Assembly: GCA_037481815.1 (NCBI GenBank)
Contig: JBBFKX010000001.1
Span: 224,001 to 288,000, forward strand
Length of the DNA stretch: 64,000 nt
Direction of reading: 5' to 3'
DNA from: a candidate division WOR-3 bacterium
GTDB taxonomy: Bacteria; Hydrothermota; 32-111
The notes beneath the pieces were generated by a model, which was given only the letters and a program-made list of their open reading frames with translations, searched no databases and was not told where the DNA came from. Positions 9,954 to 19,064 of the stretch are shown one piece after another (the stretch's first letter is position 1; the number at the start of each line of letters is the position of its first letter). The position numbers and the translations under genes are program-made.

Positions 9954-11174
9954 ATGGGAAACGGGAAAAAACTTGACAGAGAGATGAAGAAAGCGTTTCT
10001 GATAATCACTCTTTTTGGATTGATCAGTTTGTTCGGTGATATAATTTATGAGGGAGCAAGGGGGGTTAATGGGCCATACTTAAAAATTCTTGGTTCAAAT
10101 GCAGCACTACTTGGACTGATAATCGGTATCAGTGAGTTTATCGGTTATGGACTCAGATTCTTTTCAGGTTATCTTTCGGATAAAACAAAGGCACACTGGG
10201 TTTTCCTTTTTTTAGGTTATTCTTTGCTTATATCTATTCCTTTGCTTTCATTAACAGGTATCTGGCAGATAGCAGCGGTTTTAATCGTGCTTGAAAGGTT
10301 GGGTAAAGGTTTGAGAAGTCCTGCAAGGGATACTTTAGTTTCATTTGCAACAAAGAAAGTTGGAACAGGAGTTGGTTTTGGTATCTCAGAGTTTTTTGAC
10401 CAGATCGGTGCAACAACAGGGCCTTTAATATTTTCTTTATTTTTTCTTTCAAGAGGTGTTGGGGAAAGAAGTTTAAACGATTACCAGTCAGCATATAGAA
10501 TAATGTTTATTCCTTATTTGATTCTTATAGGTATCATTGTTTCAGTATATTTTATATACAAAGGTTATAAAGTTGAAAGTGGTGAAAGAAAAATTGAAAA
10601 TGAAGGTTTATCAAAACTTTTCTGGCTCTATTCTCTGTTCACATTTACAACAACATTTGGTTTTGTTAACTTTGCTTTGATCGGTTATCATATGAAGGAT
10701 TCAAAAATAGTATCAGATAACCTGATACCACTTTTTTATGCTGTTGCCATGCTCGTTGATGCTGTTTTTGCAATCATAATAGGAAAGGTATACGACAATT
10801 TTAAGGAAAATTCAAAGAAAGAGGATGCTGGGTTAAACCTTCTGGTTGTTATCCCAATACTTACAACTTTTATTATTCCTCTTGCGTTCTCTATGAACTA
10901 TTATTTTGTTCTGACAGCTGTTATCATCTGGGGAATAGTTATGGGAGCACATGAGACGATTATGAAGGCTGCTATAGCTGACATAACTTCAATCAAAAAA
11001 AGGGGAACCGGTTATGGAATTTTTAACCTGATATATGGTCTATCTTTTTTCCTTGGAAGTAGTTTTGTTGGATTTTTATATGATTTTTCAAAAGGTATAT
11101 TGGGGACATTTTTGATAATTTCACAGGTAATTTCAATATTTTTGTTCTTTGTATTAAAGAAGAATCTTTCATAA
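9954..11174 (+). CDS. MFS transporter
   Basis: About 12 hydrophobic segments; SGYLSDKT, ERLGKGLRSPARD, GTGYGIF. Confidence 0.88.
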   Translation: MGNGKKLDREMKKAFLIITLFGLISLFGDIIYEGARGVNGPYLKILGSNAALLGLIIGISEFIGYGLRFFSGYLSDKTKAHWVFLFLGYSLLISIPLLSLTGIWQIAAVLIVLERLGKGLRSPARDTLVSFATKKVGTGVGFGISEFFDQIGATTGPLIFSLFFLSRGVGERSLNDYQSAYRIMFIPYLILIGIIVSVYFIYKGYKVESGERKIENEGLSKLFWLYSLFTFTTTFGFVNFALIGYHMKDSKIVSDNLIPLFYAVAMLVDAVFAIIIGKVYDNFKENSKKEDAGLNLLVVIPILTTFIIPLAFSMNYYFVLTAVIIWGIVMGAHETIMKAAIADITSIKKRGTGYGIFNLIYGLSFFLGSSFVGFLYDFSKGILGTFLIISQVISIFLFFVLKKNLS

Positions 11175-11184
11175 AAATAGATTA

Positions 11185-11212
11185 TTGACAAGAAAGATGA
11201 TTTAAATATAAT
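11185..11212 (+). promoter_or_regulatory. Consensus sigma70 promoter of tRNA-Ser(TGA)
   Basis: TTGACA-N16-TATAAT. Confidence 0.85.
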
Positions 11213-11221
11213 GGAGCAAAC

Positions 11222-11305
11222 GGAGGATTAGTCTAATTGGTAAGGCAGCGGATTTGAAATCCGCCGGGTGATGAGCCCTTGGGGGTTCGAGTCCCTCATC
11301 CTCCG
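11222..11305 (+). tRNA. tRNA-Ser(TGA)
   Basis: Acceptor GGAGGAT/ATCCTCC+G; anticodon arm GCGGA-TTTGAAA-TCCGC; long variable arm; TTCGAGT loop; no CCA. Confidence 0.93.
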
Positions 11306-11321
11306 TTTTTTAAAAAAACTA

Positions 11322-11349
11322 TTGACTTAATTAAATTTTAGTATATTAT
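11322..11349 (+). promoter_or_regulatory. Probable promoter of RRM gene, giving a leader of about 160 nt
   Basis: TTGACT-N16-TATTAT. Confidence 0.55.
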
Positions 11350-11462
11350 ATTTTTAATGAAAAATTTTAGTAATAAAAAAAGTTCGGAAGTGTTTGATGT
11401 TTCAAAAAGTTTTTAAGGGAAGGAATATTTCCAATTAAAATAGATTCTCAGATGAAAATGAA

Positions 11463-11826
11463 ATTAGGCGATTTTCCATATATAAAATTCAATTCAAAAA
11501 AGAAAAAGGAGAACAAATGAAGATTTACGTAGGTAATCTATCTTTCTCATTGACAGAGGAAGAACTCAAAAAAGAATTTGAAGTATTTGGTGAAGTGAAC
11601 TCAGTTACAGTTATCAGAGACAGAGAAACAAACAGATCGAAAGGGTTCGGTTTTGTTGAAATGGCTGATGACAGTGCACAGAAAGCGATTAATGAATTAA
11701 ATGGAAAAGAAGTTGCAGGAAGAAAACTGGTGGTAAACCAGGCGAAACCAAGAGAGGAAGGATTTAGAAGGCCAAGAGGAAATAGTTTCAGAAGAGGTAG
11801 ATAAGAAAAAGGAAAAATCGCCTAAT
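11463..11826. repeat. Inverted repeat pair flanking the RRM gene (11463-11477 and 11811-11826)
   Basis: attaggcgattttcc versus ggaaaaatcgcctaat; 13 bp perfect plus CC/GG with a 1-nt bulge. Confidence 0.75.
11517..11804 (+). CDS. Single-domain RRM RNA-binding protein
   Basis: RNP2 IYVGNL, RNP1 KGFGFVEM, R/G-rich tail. Confidence 0.95.
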   Translation: MKIYVGNLSFSLTEEELKKEFEVFGEVNSVTVIRDRETNRSKGFGFVEMADDSAQKAINELNGKEVAGRKLVVNQAKPREEGFRRPRGNSFRRGR

Positions 11827-11844
11827 ATACTTCTTTTGAATCTA

Positions 11845-11872
11845 TTGACATTTGGTCTTTAAAATATATAAT
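11845..11872 (+). promoter_or_regulatory. Consensus sigma70 promoter of lipoprotein pair
   Basis: TTGACA-N16-TATAAT. Confidence 0.85.
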
Positions 11873-11890
11873 TTTCCAAAAGGAGGTTTT

Positions 11891-12154
11891 ATGAAGAAAG
11901 TACTCTTAGGTATTCTTGCATTTTCATTTTTACTTTTCGTTTTTACTGGATGCACAGACACACAGATGAAAACAGATGTTCAGAAATTGCAGGATGATGT
12001 TGCAAAACTTCAGGAAACAGTTACCAAACTTCAAACAACGGTTGATTCTTTAAACATGAAATTGATGCCAAAAGAAGAAGTGAAATCAACAACAGGTGCA
12101 CCAACAAACACAACAGATAAACCAGTAAAAGCTGCACCACCAAAAACAAAGTAA
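11891..12154 (+). CDS. Small coiled-coil lipoprotein (Lpp-like architecture), 87 aa
   Basis: SD aggagg before ATG 11891; lipobox FTGC (Cys21); heptads VQKLQDD-VAKLQET-VTKLQTT-VDSL; ends in Lys. Confidence 0.8.
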   Translation: MKKVLLGILAFSFLLFVFTGCTDTQMKTDVQKLQDDVAKLQETVTKLQTTVDSLNMKLMPKEEVKSTTGAPTNTTDKPVKAAPPKTK

Positions 12155-12163
12155 GGAGGAAAG

Positions 12164-12709
12164 ATGAAAAGATTGTTAACAGTTTTATTCGTTTTAGTTT
12201 TGGTTTTTGCTGGCTGCTCAATAATTCAACCACCAGTTGTTGATCACTCTGAAACAGTTGAATATTATTCAGACATAACACTTTACGATTTTGATCAGGC
12301 AGGTCCATCAGGATTCTGGATTTCAAATGACGAAACAGGACAGGGTGAAGCAATTTCTGTTACAGGTAATGGTGAAGTTATTGATTTCTATTATAATGAT
12401 AGAGATTATACTTCTGGAGCATACTTTGTTTCAGCGGATGGTGATTCAGAAGTTTATTACTGGGGCTCAGAAAATGATCCAAAGACAACATATTTTGAAG
12501 TTATTTCTGACACATCTGTAACAACAGCACCAGCAACGATGACTGGAATTTCAGTTGTTGTTAACGCTGATGCATGGTACTGGGTAAAATTTGAAAATGG
12601 TTGTTATGCAAAATTACATATAACCGAGTATGCATCACCTTATGATTTTGTAAAATTTGAATACTGGTATCAGACAGACGGAACAAGATATTTTGGTGTT
12701 GAAGAATAA
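12164..12709 (+). CDS. Lipoprotein, possibly HmuY-like fold
   Basis: Lipobox FAGC; C-terminal WYWVKFENGCYAKLHI resembles the VKT-x-G-x-YAK motif of HmuY-like proteins. Confidence 0.6.
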   Translation: MKRLLTVLFVLVLVFAGCSIIQPPVVDHSETVEYYSDITLYDFDQAGPSGFWISNDETGQGEAISVTGNGEVIDFYYNDRDYTSGAYFVSADGDSEVYYWGSENDPKTTYFEVISDTSVTTAPATMTGISVVVNADAWYWVKFENGCYAKLHITEYASPYDFVKFEYWYQTDGTRYFGVEE

Positions 12710-12718
12710 CTAAAATTC

Positions 12719-12746
12719 AAGGAGGGTTAAAAAACCCTCCTTTTTT
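12719..12746 (+). terminator. Rho-independent terminator
   Basis: aaggagggtt-aaaa-aaccctcc-tttttt. Confidence 0.85.
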
Positions 12747-12760
12747 ATTTTAATTGATTG

Positions 12761-13240
12761 ATGAAAAAAACATTTATTATTCTTTTTAATTTTATTTTGA
12801 TTTCATGCTCATTAAAAAATATTCAAACGATAGATGTTAAGAAATATTCGGATGTAAAAATATACAACAATTCTTTTAATTCACTATCCTCAATCTCAGT
12901 CCAAGATTCCATTTTAACAATCGATACGATATCAATATTTTCTGATCTCATCGTTTCATCTTATGTTTCCCATTCAATACTTTTTTTATCACCATCCAAA
13001 GACACTATTCTTTCAAAAGGAAATAAAAAAATCACAGGATTTTGTAATACAGGAAAAGAAAAATACGATATTCCACCAGAAGAAGGATATTTTGATATGG
13101 AGTATCCTGCAAAAGATAACTGGTATTTTGTTAAAACAAGTGATGAAAGGTATTTAAGAATTTTTGTTAAGGAGTTTTCACAAGATAGTTTGATACTTGA
13201 CATTGAACTTCTGAATGATACAATTTTGATCTTCCAATGA
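12761..13240 (+). CDS. Lipoprotein, diverged paralogue of 12164-12709
   Basis: Lipobox LISC; WYFVKTSDERYLRIFV parallels the upstream gene. Confidence 0.55.
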   Translation: MKKTFIILFNFILISCSLKNIQTIDVKKYSDVKIYNNSFNSLSSISVQDSILTIDTISIFSDLIVSSYVSHSILFLSPSKDTILSKGNKKITGFCNTGKEKYDIPPEEGYFDMEYPAKDNWYFVKTSDERYLRIFVKEFSQDSLILDIELLNDTILIFQ

Positions 13241-14562
13241 AATTTTTCGAGATTTTAATTTTTCTTTTTCTATTGAACTGGAATCTATTTTCAGAAACTT
13301 TTTCATACACAATCTTTAAGGGAAATAAGATCGTTGGATATTCCAACTTTGAAATAAATAACTCTCTGATAATAGAAAGGACTCTTTTTATAGATGGTTT
13401 TTCAAAAGAGTATAATCTTTCAAAAACGAGCATTAAAGAGAATACTTTTAAATGTTTTAAATACTATTCTGATATGGCTTTCCCTGAATTTATAGAGTAC
13501 AATAATGGAATTTTAAAAAAAACTTTTCATGATAAAATTTTAAAATATAAAATAAAACCCTATGATTTTTTCGGTATAGAAAATATTTTAACTGTTTCAT
13601 ATCTGGGAGGTATAAAAAAAGATAGTGTTTTCAATTTCAATAGAAACGAATTTTTGTCGGTAAAAAGGTATGGTAATAGATTTATTTTTGGTGTTGGAGA
13701 ATATTCTATTTTTAGTAAAGATGGAACGATTGATTCTCTGTATTATTTCAATTACAAATACATTAAAAATGAAACAACTGTTGATATAAAAAACCCTTAC
13801 CATATTGTTTTGAACAAAATTTTTAAACCTGAGAGTTTTTATAAAAAGAAAAACAGAAAATTTACAGAATTGAAACATACAAAGATTTTACTTTCCTACA
13901 ACGATAAGACAAATACCGTTGTTTTGATAACTCCGTTCACATTCACTTCTGATAAATTTGGTAACATCTCAAACACTATAATTCCTTTTACTCAACTCCA
14001 AATTTCAGAAAATCTGAATCTGCCAACTCTTATTTTTGAATTTAAAAATAAAGAACTTGATAGAGTTGAAATAGAAAAAGCTTTAAAAGAAATATACGAT
14101 TTTCTAAAAAAAGATTTCAAAAAAGTTTATCTATTATCTTTCAATCATATTTTTCTGTATTCGAACATAGAGAATTTTGATCGAATTATTCTTATTAATC
14201 CCCCACTCATAGATTTGAAAATTTGGGCTGAAGATTTTTATAAAAAAATTTCTTTTAAGAATAACTATTTGTTTAGAAGTTATGAAAAATTTTTGAAATA
14301 TGAAATGGTTGATACCACTCTGACCATTGATGAAATTGAATTACTTTATAAAAAAAGGAACGATTTAGTGTTTATTTTTTCAAAGGATATTTTAGCAAAA
14401 GAGGAAATCAATAAAACTTTTGATTTGAATGGAAAAGTGTTTTTTATAAAAAATGTTGACAGAAGGTTAAATTCATACTATAAATATGATCTGTGGTCAT
14501 ATGAGAATGAAATAATGATAGATAATAAAATTTTTGATTTTCTTAATGTTCTTTTAAAATAA
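13237..14562 (+). CDS. Hypothetical exported protein, possibly a degenerate alpha/beta-hydrolase
   Basis: 441-aa ORF with signal peptide, ATGA-coupled; eroded hydrolase-like segments VVLITP..DKFGN, VYLLSFNH, IILINPP. Confidence 0.45.
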   Translation: MKFFEILIFLFLLNWNLFSETFSYTIFKGNKIVGYSNFEINNSLIIERTLFIDGFSKEYNLSKTSIKENTFKCFKYYSDMAFPEFIEYNNGILKKTFHDKILKYKIKPYDFFGIENILTVSYLGGIKKDSVFNFNRNEFLSVKRYGNRFIFGVGEYSIFSKDGTIDSLYYFNYKYIKNETTVDIKNPYHIVLNKIFKPESFYKKKNRKFTELKHTKILLSYNDKTNTVVLITPFTFTSDKFGNISNTIIPFTQLQISENLNLPTLIFEFKNKELDRVEIEKALKEIYDFLKKDFKKVYLLSFNHIFLYSNIENFDRIILINPPLIDLKIWAEDFYKKISFKNNYLFRSYEKFLKYEMVDTTLTIDEIELLYKKRNDLVFIFSKDILAKEEINKTFDLNGKVFFIKNVDRRLNSYYKYDLWSYENEIMIDNKIFDFLNVLLK

Positions 14563-14578
14563 AAAAAAGGAGTGATAT

Positions 14579-16150
14579 ATGATAACAAAACCTTTTGAAA
14601 ACACAAAGATTATTCTGTTCAAAACTCAGGAAGAACAGAAACTAATGAAAGATGCTATAAAAAAGGTAGAATCTGAGTTTGGAAAGGAATATCCAATAAT
14701 AATTGATGGAAAAGAGATCTTTAATCAGGATAAAATAAAGTCAACAAACCCATCAAAACCATCTGAAATAGTTGGTCTTGTGAGCAAAGCGACAAAACAA
14801 CAGGCAATCGAAGCCATAGAAAAAGCATACAAAAGTTTTTCATGGTGGTCCAGAGAGAGTCAGGCGAAAAGATCTGCGATACTTTTAAGAGCAGCCGAAA
14901 TAATGAGACAGAAAAAGATGGAACTTTCTGCAACTATGGTTGTTGAAATCGGCAAAAACTGGGTAGAAGCGGATGCTGATACATCTGAAGCTATAGATTT
15001 TCTTGAATATTATGCAAGAGAGGGACTCAGATACTCACAGGAAACTCCGCTTGTAAAAATAAATGGTGAGGATAATCATCAGGTCTATATACCTCTTGGA
15101 GTTGGTGTAGTTATCCCACCATGGAATTTCCCGCTTGCAATAACAACCGGTATGACAACAGCGGCCCTTGTAACAGGTAATACGGTTGTATTAAAACCTG
15201 CATCAGATACACCTGTTATCGCTTATAAACTTGTTGAAATTTTGAAAGAAGCAGGTCTTCCGGATGGTGTTTTGAACTTTGTTCCTGGAAGTGGTGGAGA
15301 GGTTGGCGATACTCTGGTAGATCATCCTTTGACAAGGTTTGTTTCCTTTACCGGTTCTATGGAGATTGGAATGAGAATCTATGAAAGGGCTTCAAAAGTC
15401 AATCCAGGACAAAAATGGTTAAAGAGGGTTGTTGCCGAAATGGGCGGAAAAGATTACATAATCGTTCAAGATGATGCTGATCTTGAAAGTGCTGCCAACG
15501 GAATAGTGCAGGGTGCATTTGGTTTTCAGGGACAAAAATGTTCTGCGTGCTCGAGAGCTATAATTCATGAAAAAGTGTATGACAAAATGGTGGAGTTGAT
15601 AAAAGAAAAAACTGAAAAAATAAAAGTGGTTGATACAAGAGAATTCCCGATTCCCGATGTTCATTATTACAATATGGGACCTGTTTCAAGTGCTTCTTCT
15701 AAAGCAAAAATAATGAGTTATATTGAAGAAGGCAAAAAAGATGGTAGATTGATCACAGGTGGAAAAGCCATAGATAACAACGGTGGATATTTTATTGAGC
15801 CAACAGTTTTTGCTGATATAAAACCACTTTCAAAACTTGAGCAGGAAGAAATTTTTGGACCAGTTCTTGCTATCATAAAATCAGAGTCGTTTGAAAGATC
15901 AATAGAAATTGCAAATGATACCATATATGGTTTAACTGGTGCAGTATATACGAAAGACCGCGCAAAGATTAAAAAAGCAACAGAAGAGTTACTCACAGGG
16001 AATCTTTACATCAACAGAGGTTGCACAGGCGCACTCGTTGGTGTTCATCCTTTTGGTGGTTTCAATCTTTCAGGGACCGATTCAAAAGCAGGTGGCCCAG
16101 ATTATCTTTTGCTCTTCTTACAGGCAAAAGTTTTTAGCGAAAAAGTTTAA
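14579..16150 (+). CDS. pruA: L-glutamate gamma-semialdehyde (P5C) dehydrogenase
   Basis: PPWNFPLAI, FTGS, AEMGGKD, GQKCSACSR, EEIFGP, PFGGFNLSGTDSKAGGPDYL. Confidence 0.93.
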   Translation: MITKPFENTKIILFKTQEEQKLMKDAIKKVESEFGKEYPIIIDGKEIFNQDKIKSTNPSKPSEIVGLVSKATKQQAIEAIEKAYKSFSWWSRESQAKRSAILLRAAEIMRQKKMELSATMVVEIGKNWVEADADTSEAIDFLEYYAREGLRYSQETPLVKINGEDNHQVYIPLGVGVVIPPWNFPLAITTGMTTAALVTGNTVVLKPASDTPVIAYKLVEILKEAGLPDGVLNFVPGSGGEVGDTLVDHPLTRFVSFTGSMEIGMRIYERASKVNPGQKWLKRVVAEMGGKDYIIVQDDADLESAANGIVQGAFGFQGQKCSACSRAIIHEKVYDKMVELIKEKTEKIKVVDTREFPIPDVHYYNMGPVSSASSKAKIMSYIEEGKKDGRLITGGKAIDNNGGYFIEPTVFADIKPLSKLEQEEIFGPVLAIIKSESFERSIEIANDTIYGLTGAVYTKDRAKIKKATEELLTGNLYINRGCTGALVGVHPFGGFNLSGTDSKAGGPDYLLLFLQAKVFSEKV

Positions 16151-16157
16151 AAAAAAT

Positions 16158-16182
16158 AAGAGGGGGAAAGTGCCCCCTCTTT
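16158..16182 (+). terminator. Rho-independent terminator
   Basis: aagaggggg-aaagtg-ccccctcttt. Confidence 0.75.
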
Positions 16183-16189
16183 CTCCAGG

Positions 16190-16217
16190 TTGACTAAAAT
16201 TCCCAATTAGATATAAT
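16190..16217 (+). promoter_or_regulatory. sigma70 promoter, probably leaderless
   Basis: TTGACT-N16-TATAAT; ATG follows 8 nt later; no SD. Confidence 0.7.
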
Positions 16218-16225
16218 TTTGAAAT

Positions 16226-18052
16226 ATGTTTGGAATCTTGTTGTTTTTTTTGTTTTTTGTTTTAAATTTCAATCTATATTCGAATTCGTATGAATTTTCA
16301 AAAATTGTTGATATTGGTAATTCTTTAAAAAGTTTCAATAGTAAGATTTTTGCTACAGAAATTGGATTCTTCTATGATGATAACAATATAACTCCGGTAA
16401 AAATTTTTGATAGAAATGTGAAATCTGTTGCGAAAACTGATTCTTTGTTTTCAATTCTATATGAGGATAATTTTTTTGAAATCTTTAGGATGGATTCGTT
16501 ACCATCATTGATTTTTTCAGATTCGTTTGATTTCAAAGTTGAAAATTTTTTGATCTCAAAAGAATATTTACTTTTTAAAACAGGTGAGGTTTACTATCTT
16601 TATAAATTTAAAGATGATTCTCTGGTACGGATAAAACATTTCAATCTGAATTCAATCTATAAATTTTTTTCACTTAACAACAACCTTCTTTTTATAATTA
16701 ATAATGGTGAAATTATTAAATATGGAAAAGAGGAAGGCGATTCATTTCTATTGAAGAACAGTGTTTTTGTTAACAATTCAAAATTTCTTTTTTTTAACCG
16801 ATATTCAACGATAATTTCAAATTCTACTGATAAGTTTCTCTACTTTTTCGTGTTAAGAGATGATTCTTTAAAACTTTTATATGAGGTTCCAGATAACAGA
16901 ATCTATGAAAATGGATTTATCGTTGATTCTTTTTTGATTCTATCAAGTTCGGATTCTCTTTTTATAAGAACTGTGATCGACTCGTTTATAACATATTCTC
17001 TTGATTCTTTTGAATTTAAATATCCTGTAAAGGATATTGTATTCAAAAATGACACCTTTTTTATTAACACCGGTTATAAAATCATAAAATATCCTTTGAT
17101 TTCAAAATTATTTAAAGAAGGGGAAAATTTTTCCAGAACTTTTCAAGGATTTCTTAGAACGAACTACAAAAAAGGATTTTACTCTGATGACAGTTTTTAC
17201 ATTTTTGTTAAAGATTCAATTGTTGAAGCAAAAGGTAAAAGTAAAACTTTACTGAAAAAAGAAAATATACTTTTATGTTATGATCAAATAATAATTCCAG
17301 AAGAAGATTCTTTTAACTTTTTCCCAATGTATTCCTATGTTAACCTGATCAAATCAACTGTTGATGGTGTCTATTTTATAGATAACAGTTTTAGATTAAA
17401 AAAGATTAACCTCGTAAGTGATTCCATAGAAACACTTTTTGATATAGGTTTTAATTCTAACGATTTTGAACAACACGATTCAATTTTTTATTTTATTTCT
17501 GGGCAGAATGGAATCTTGAAACTTACTCAAAATGGACAATTTATTAGATCATATTTTGATGGTTCTTATTTTAGGAAAATTTTTTCTTTTAAAAATAGGT
17601 TGTTATCCATAAAAGATGATTATAAAATTTCAATAATAGATTCTCACAATCTTATTGTGAATGAAATTTTTTCTATACCGGGCTATGTAGACTTTTATAA
17701 TTACGATGATACATTATTAATTTTTTTAACAGAAGATTCTATAATCTTTTATAAGGATTATATCGAACATGTTTATCTTGAAGGTAAAAATCTAAAGAAT
17801 ATCAAAGATATAATATTTGATGGTCAGGGGTGTTATGTTCTTTTAAAGAATAGTGCGGTTCTATTTTTCAATAAAAAAATATCCCATCTAAAGGAAGATG
17901 ATCAAAAAGGAGAAGTTGATAATTTTACTTTTAAAAACGAAAATGTATGTTATGATATTTTGGGAAGAAAATTATCAAAAAATTTAAATTACAGAGGATT
18001 GTATTTTATAAAAAAAGAAAATAGAGTTAAAAAAGTTTTAAAAATTAAGTGA
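16226..18052 (+). CDS. Hypothetical secreted beta-rich protein with short T9SS-like C-terminal domain
   Basis: Signal peptide; C-terminal CYDILGRKL..RGLYFIK..KKVLKIK. Confidence 0.6.
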   Translation: MFGILLFFLFFVLNFNLYSNSYEFSKIVDIGNSLKSFNSKIFATEIGFFYDDNNITPVKIFDRNVKSVAKTDSLFSILYEDNFFEIFRMDSLPSLIFSDSFDFKVENFLISKEYLLFKTGEVYYLYKFKDDSLVRIKHFNLNSIYKFFSLNNNLLFIINNGEIIKYGKEEGDSFLLKNSVFVNNSKFLFFNRYSTIISNSTDKFLYFFVLRDDSLKLLYEVPDNRIYENGFIVDSFLILSSSDSLFIRTVIDSFITYSLDSFEFKYPVKDIVFKNDTFFINTGYKIIKYPLISKLFKEGENFSRTFQGFLRTNYKKGFYSDDSFYIFVKDSIVEAKGKSKTLLKKENILLCYDQIIIPEEDSFNFFPMYSYVNLIKSTVDGVYFIDNSFRLKKINLVSDSIETLFDIGFNSNDFEQHDSIFYFISGQNGILKLTQNGQFIRSYFDGSYFRKIFSFKNRLLSIKDDYKISIIDSHNLIVNEIFSIPGYVDFYNYDDTLLIFLTEDSIIFYKDYIEHVYLEGKNLKNIKDIIFDGQGCYVLLKNSAVLFFNKKISHLKEDDQKGEVDNFTFKNENVCYDILGRKLSKNLNYRGLYFIKKENRVKKVLKIK

Positions 18053-18059
18053 GGTTTGT

Positions 18060-19064
18060 ATGATAGAAAAATTCATTGAAGAATTGGTATCGATAGATTC
18101 CCCATCAGGTTTTACAGGAGAAATAGTTAAACATATTGAGAAAAGAGTTTCAAATTCTGGTTATAAAACTTTGATAACGAATAAAGGTGCTTTGAAAGTT
18201 TACACGGGGGATAAACCTCTGTATGCGATAACAGCGCATATAGATACACTTGGTGGAATGGTGAAAGAAATAAATTCGGATGGAACTTTAAAGATAACTC
18301 AGATTGGTGGTTTCCCAAACAATTCATTTGAAGGATCTTATTGTAAAATAAGAAATTCAGAAGGTGATATATTCACAGGTACCTATCTTATTAAAAACCC
18401 TTCAACACATGTTAACAGAGATGTTTCAAAAAGTGAAAGAACAACAGAAAATATGATCATAAGATTGGATGAAGAGGTTAAAAGTAGAGAAGATATATTG
18501 AAATTAAAAATAAATGTTGGTGATTTTGTTTTTTTTGATCCCAGATTTGAATTTACAAAATCTGGTTTTGTTAAAACAAGATTTCTTGATGATAAAGCAT
18601 GTGCTGGAATACTTCTCGATTTGTTGATCAACGAAAGTGAAAAACTCAAAAATAAGCCTTTTTTATTCTATTTTTCAATTTATGAGGAAGTTGGGCATGG
18701 AGGAGCAACTGGATTTGACCCATCTATAAAAGAACTGATAGTAGCAGATATGGGAACAGTTGGTGAAGGAGTTGAAGGTGATGAATATTCAGTTTCGATC
18801 TGTGCGAAAGATTCAACCGGCCCTTACGATTATGATTTAAAAAATGAACTTGTCACACTTTGTAAAACTAACGGTATCCCTTACAAAGTTGATGTTTTCC
18901 CTTACTATGGTTCAGATGGGTCAGTAGCACTAAGAGCGGGTTACGATTTTAAAGTTGGATTAATTGGCCCAGGAGTTTCAGCTTCCCATGGAGTCGAAAG
19001 AACACATTTGAAAGCTTTGAAAGCAACAAAAGAATTACTTTTAAAATATATTGAGAAAAGATGA
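18060..19064 (+). CDS. M42 family metallo-aminopeptidase
   Basis: DSPSG, AHIDTLG, RFLDDK, YEEVGHG, YGSDG, SHGVER. Confidence 0.92.
   Translation: MIEKFIEELVSIDSPSGFTGEIVKHIEKRVSNSGYKTLITNKGALKVYTGDKPLYAITAHIDTLGGMVKEINSDGTLKITQIGGFPNNSFEGSYCKIRNSEGDIFTGTYLIKNPSTHVNRDVSKSERTTENMIIRLDEEVKSREDILKLKINVGDFVFFDPRFEFTKSGFVKTRFLDDKACAGILLDLLINESEKLKNKPFLFYFSIYEEVGHGGATGFDPSIKELIVADMGTVGEGVEGDEYSVSICAKDSTGPYDYDLKNELVTLCKTNGIPYKVDVFPYYGSDGSVALRAGYDFKVGLIGPGVSASHGVERTHLKALKATKELLLKYIEKR

Noticed and set aside
11222..11305. tRNA-Sec or opal suppressor
   Set aside because: The anticodon is TGA (reads UCA, Ser), not TCA; it has an ordinary 7-bp acceptor stem and Ser-type arms
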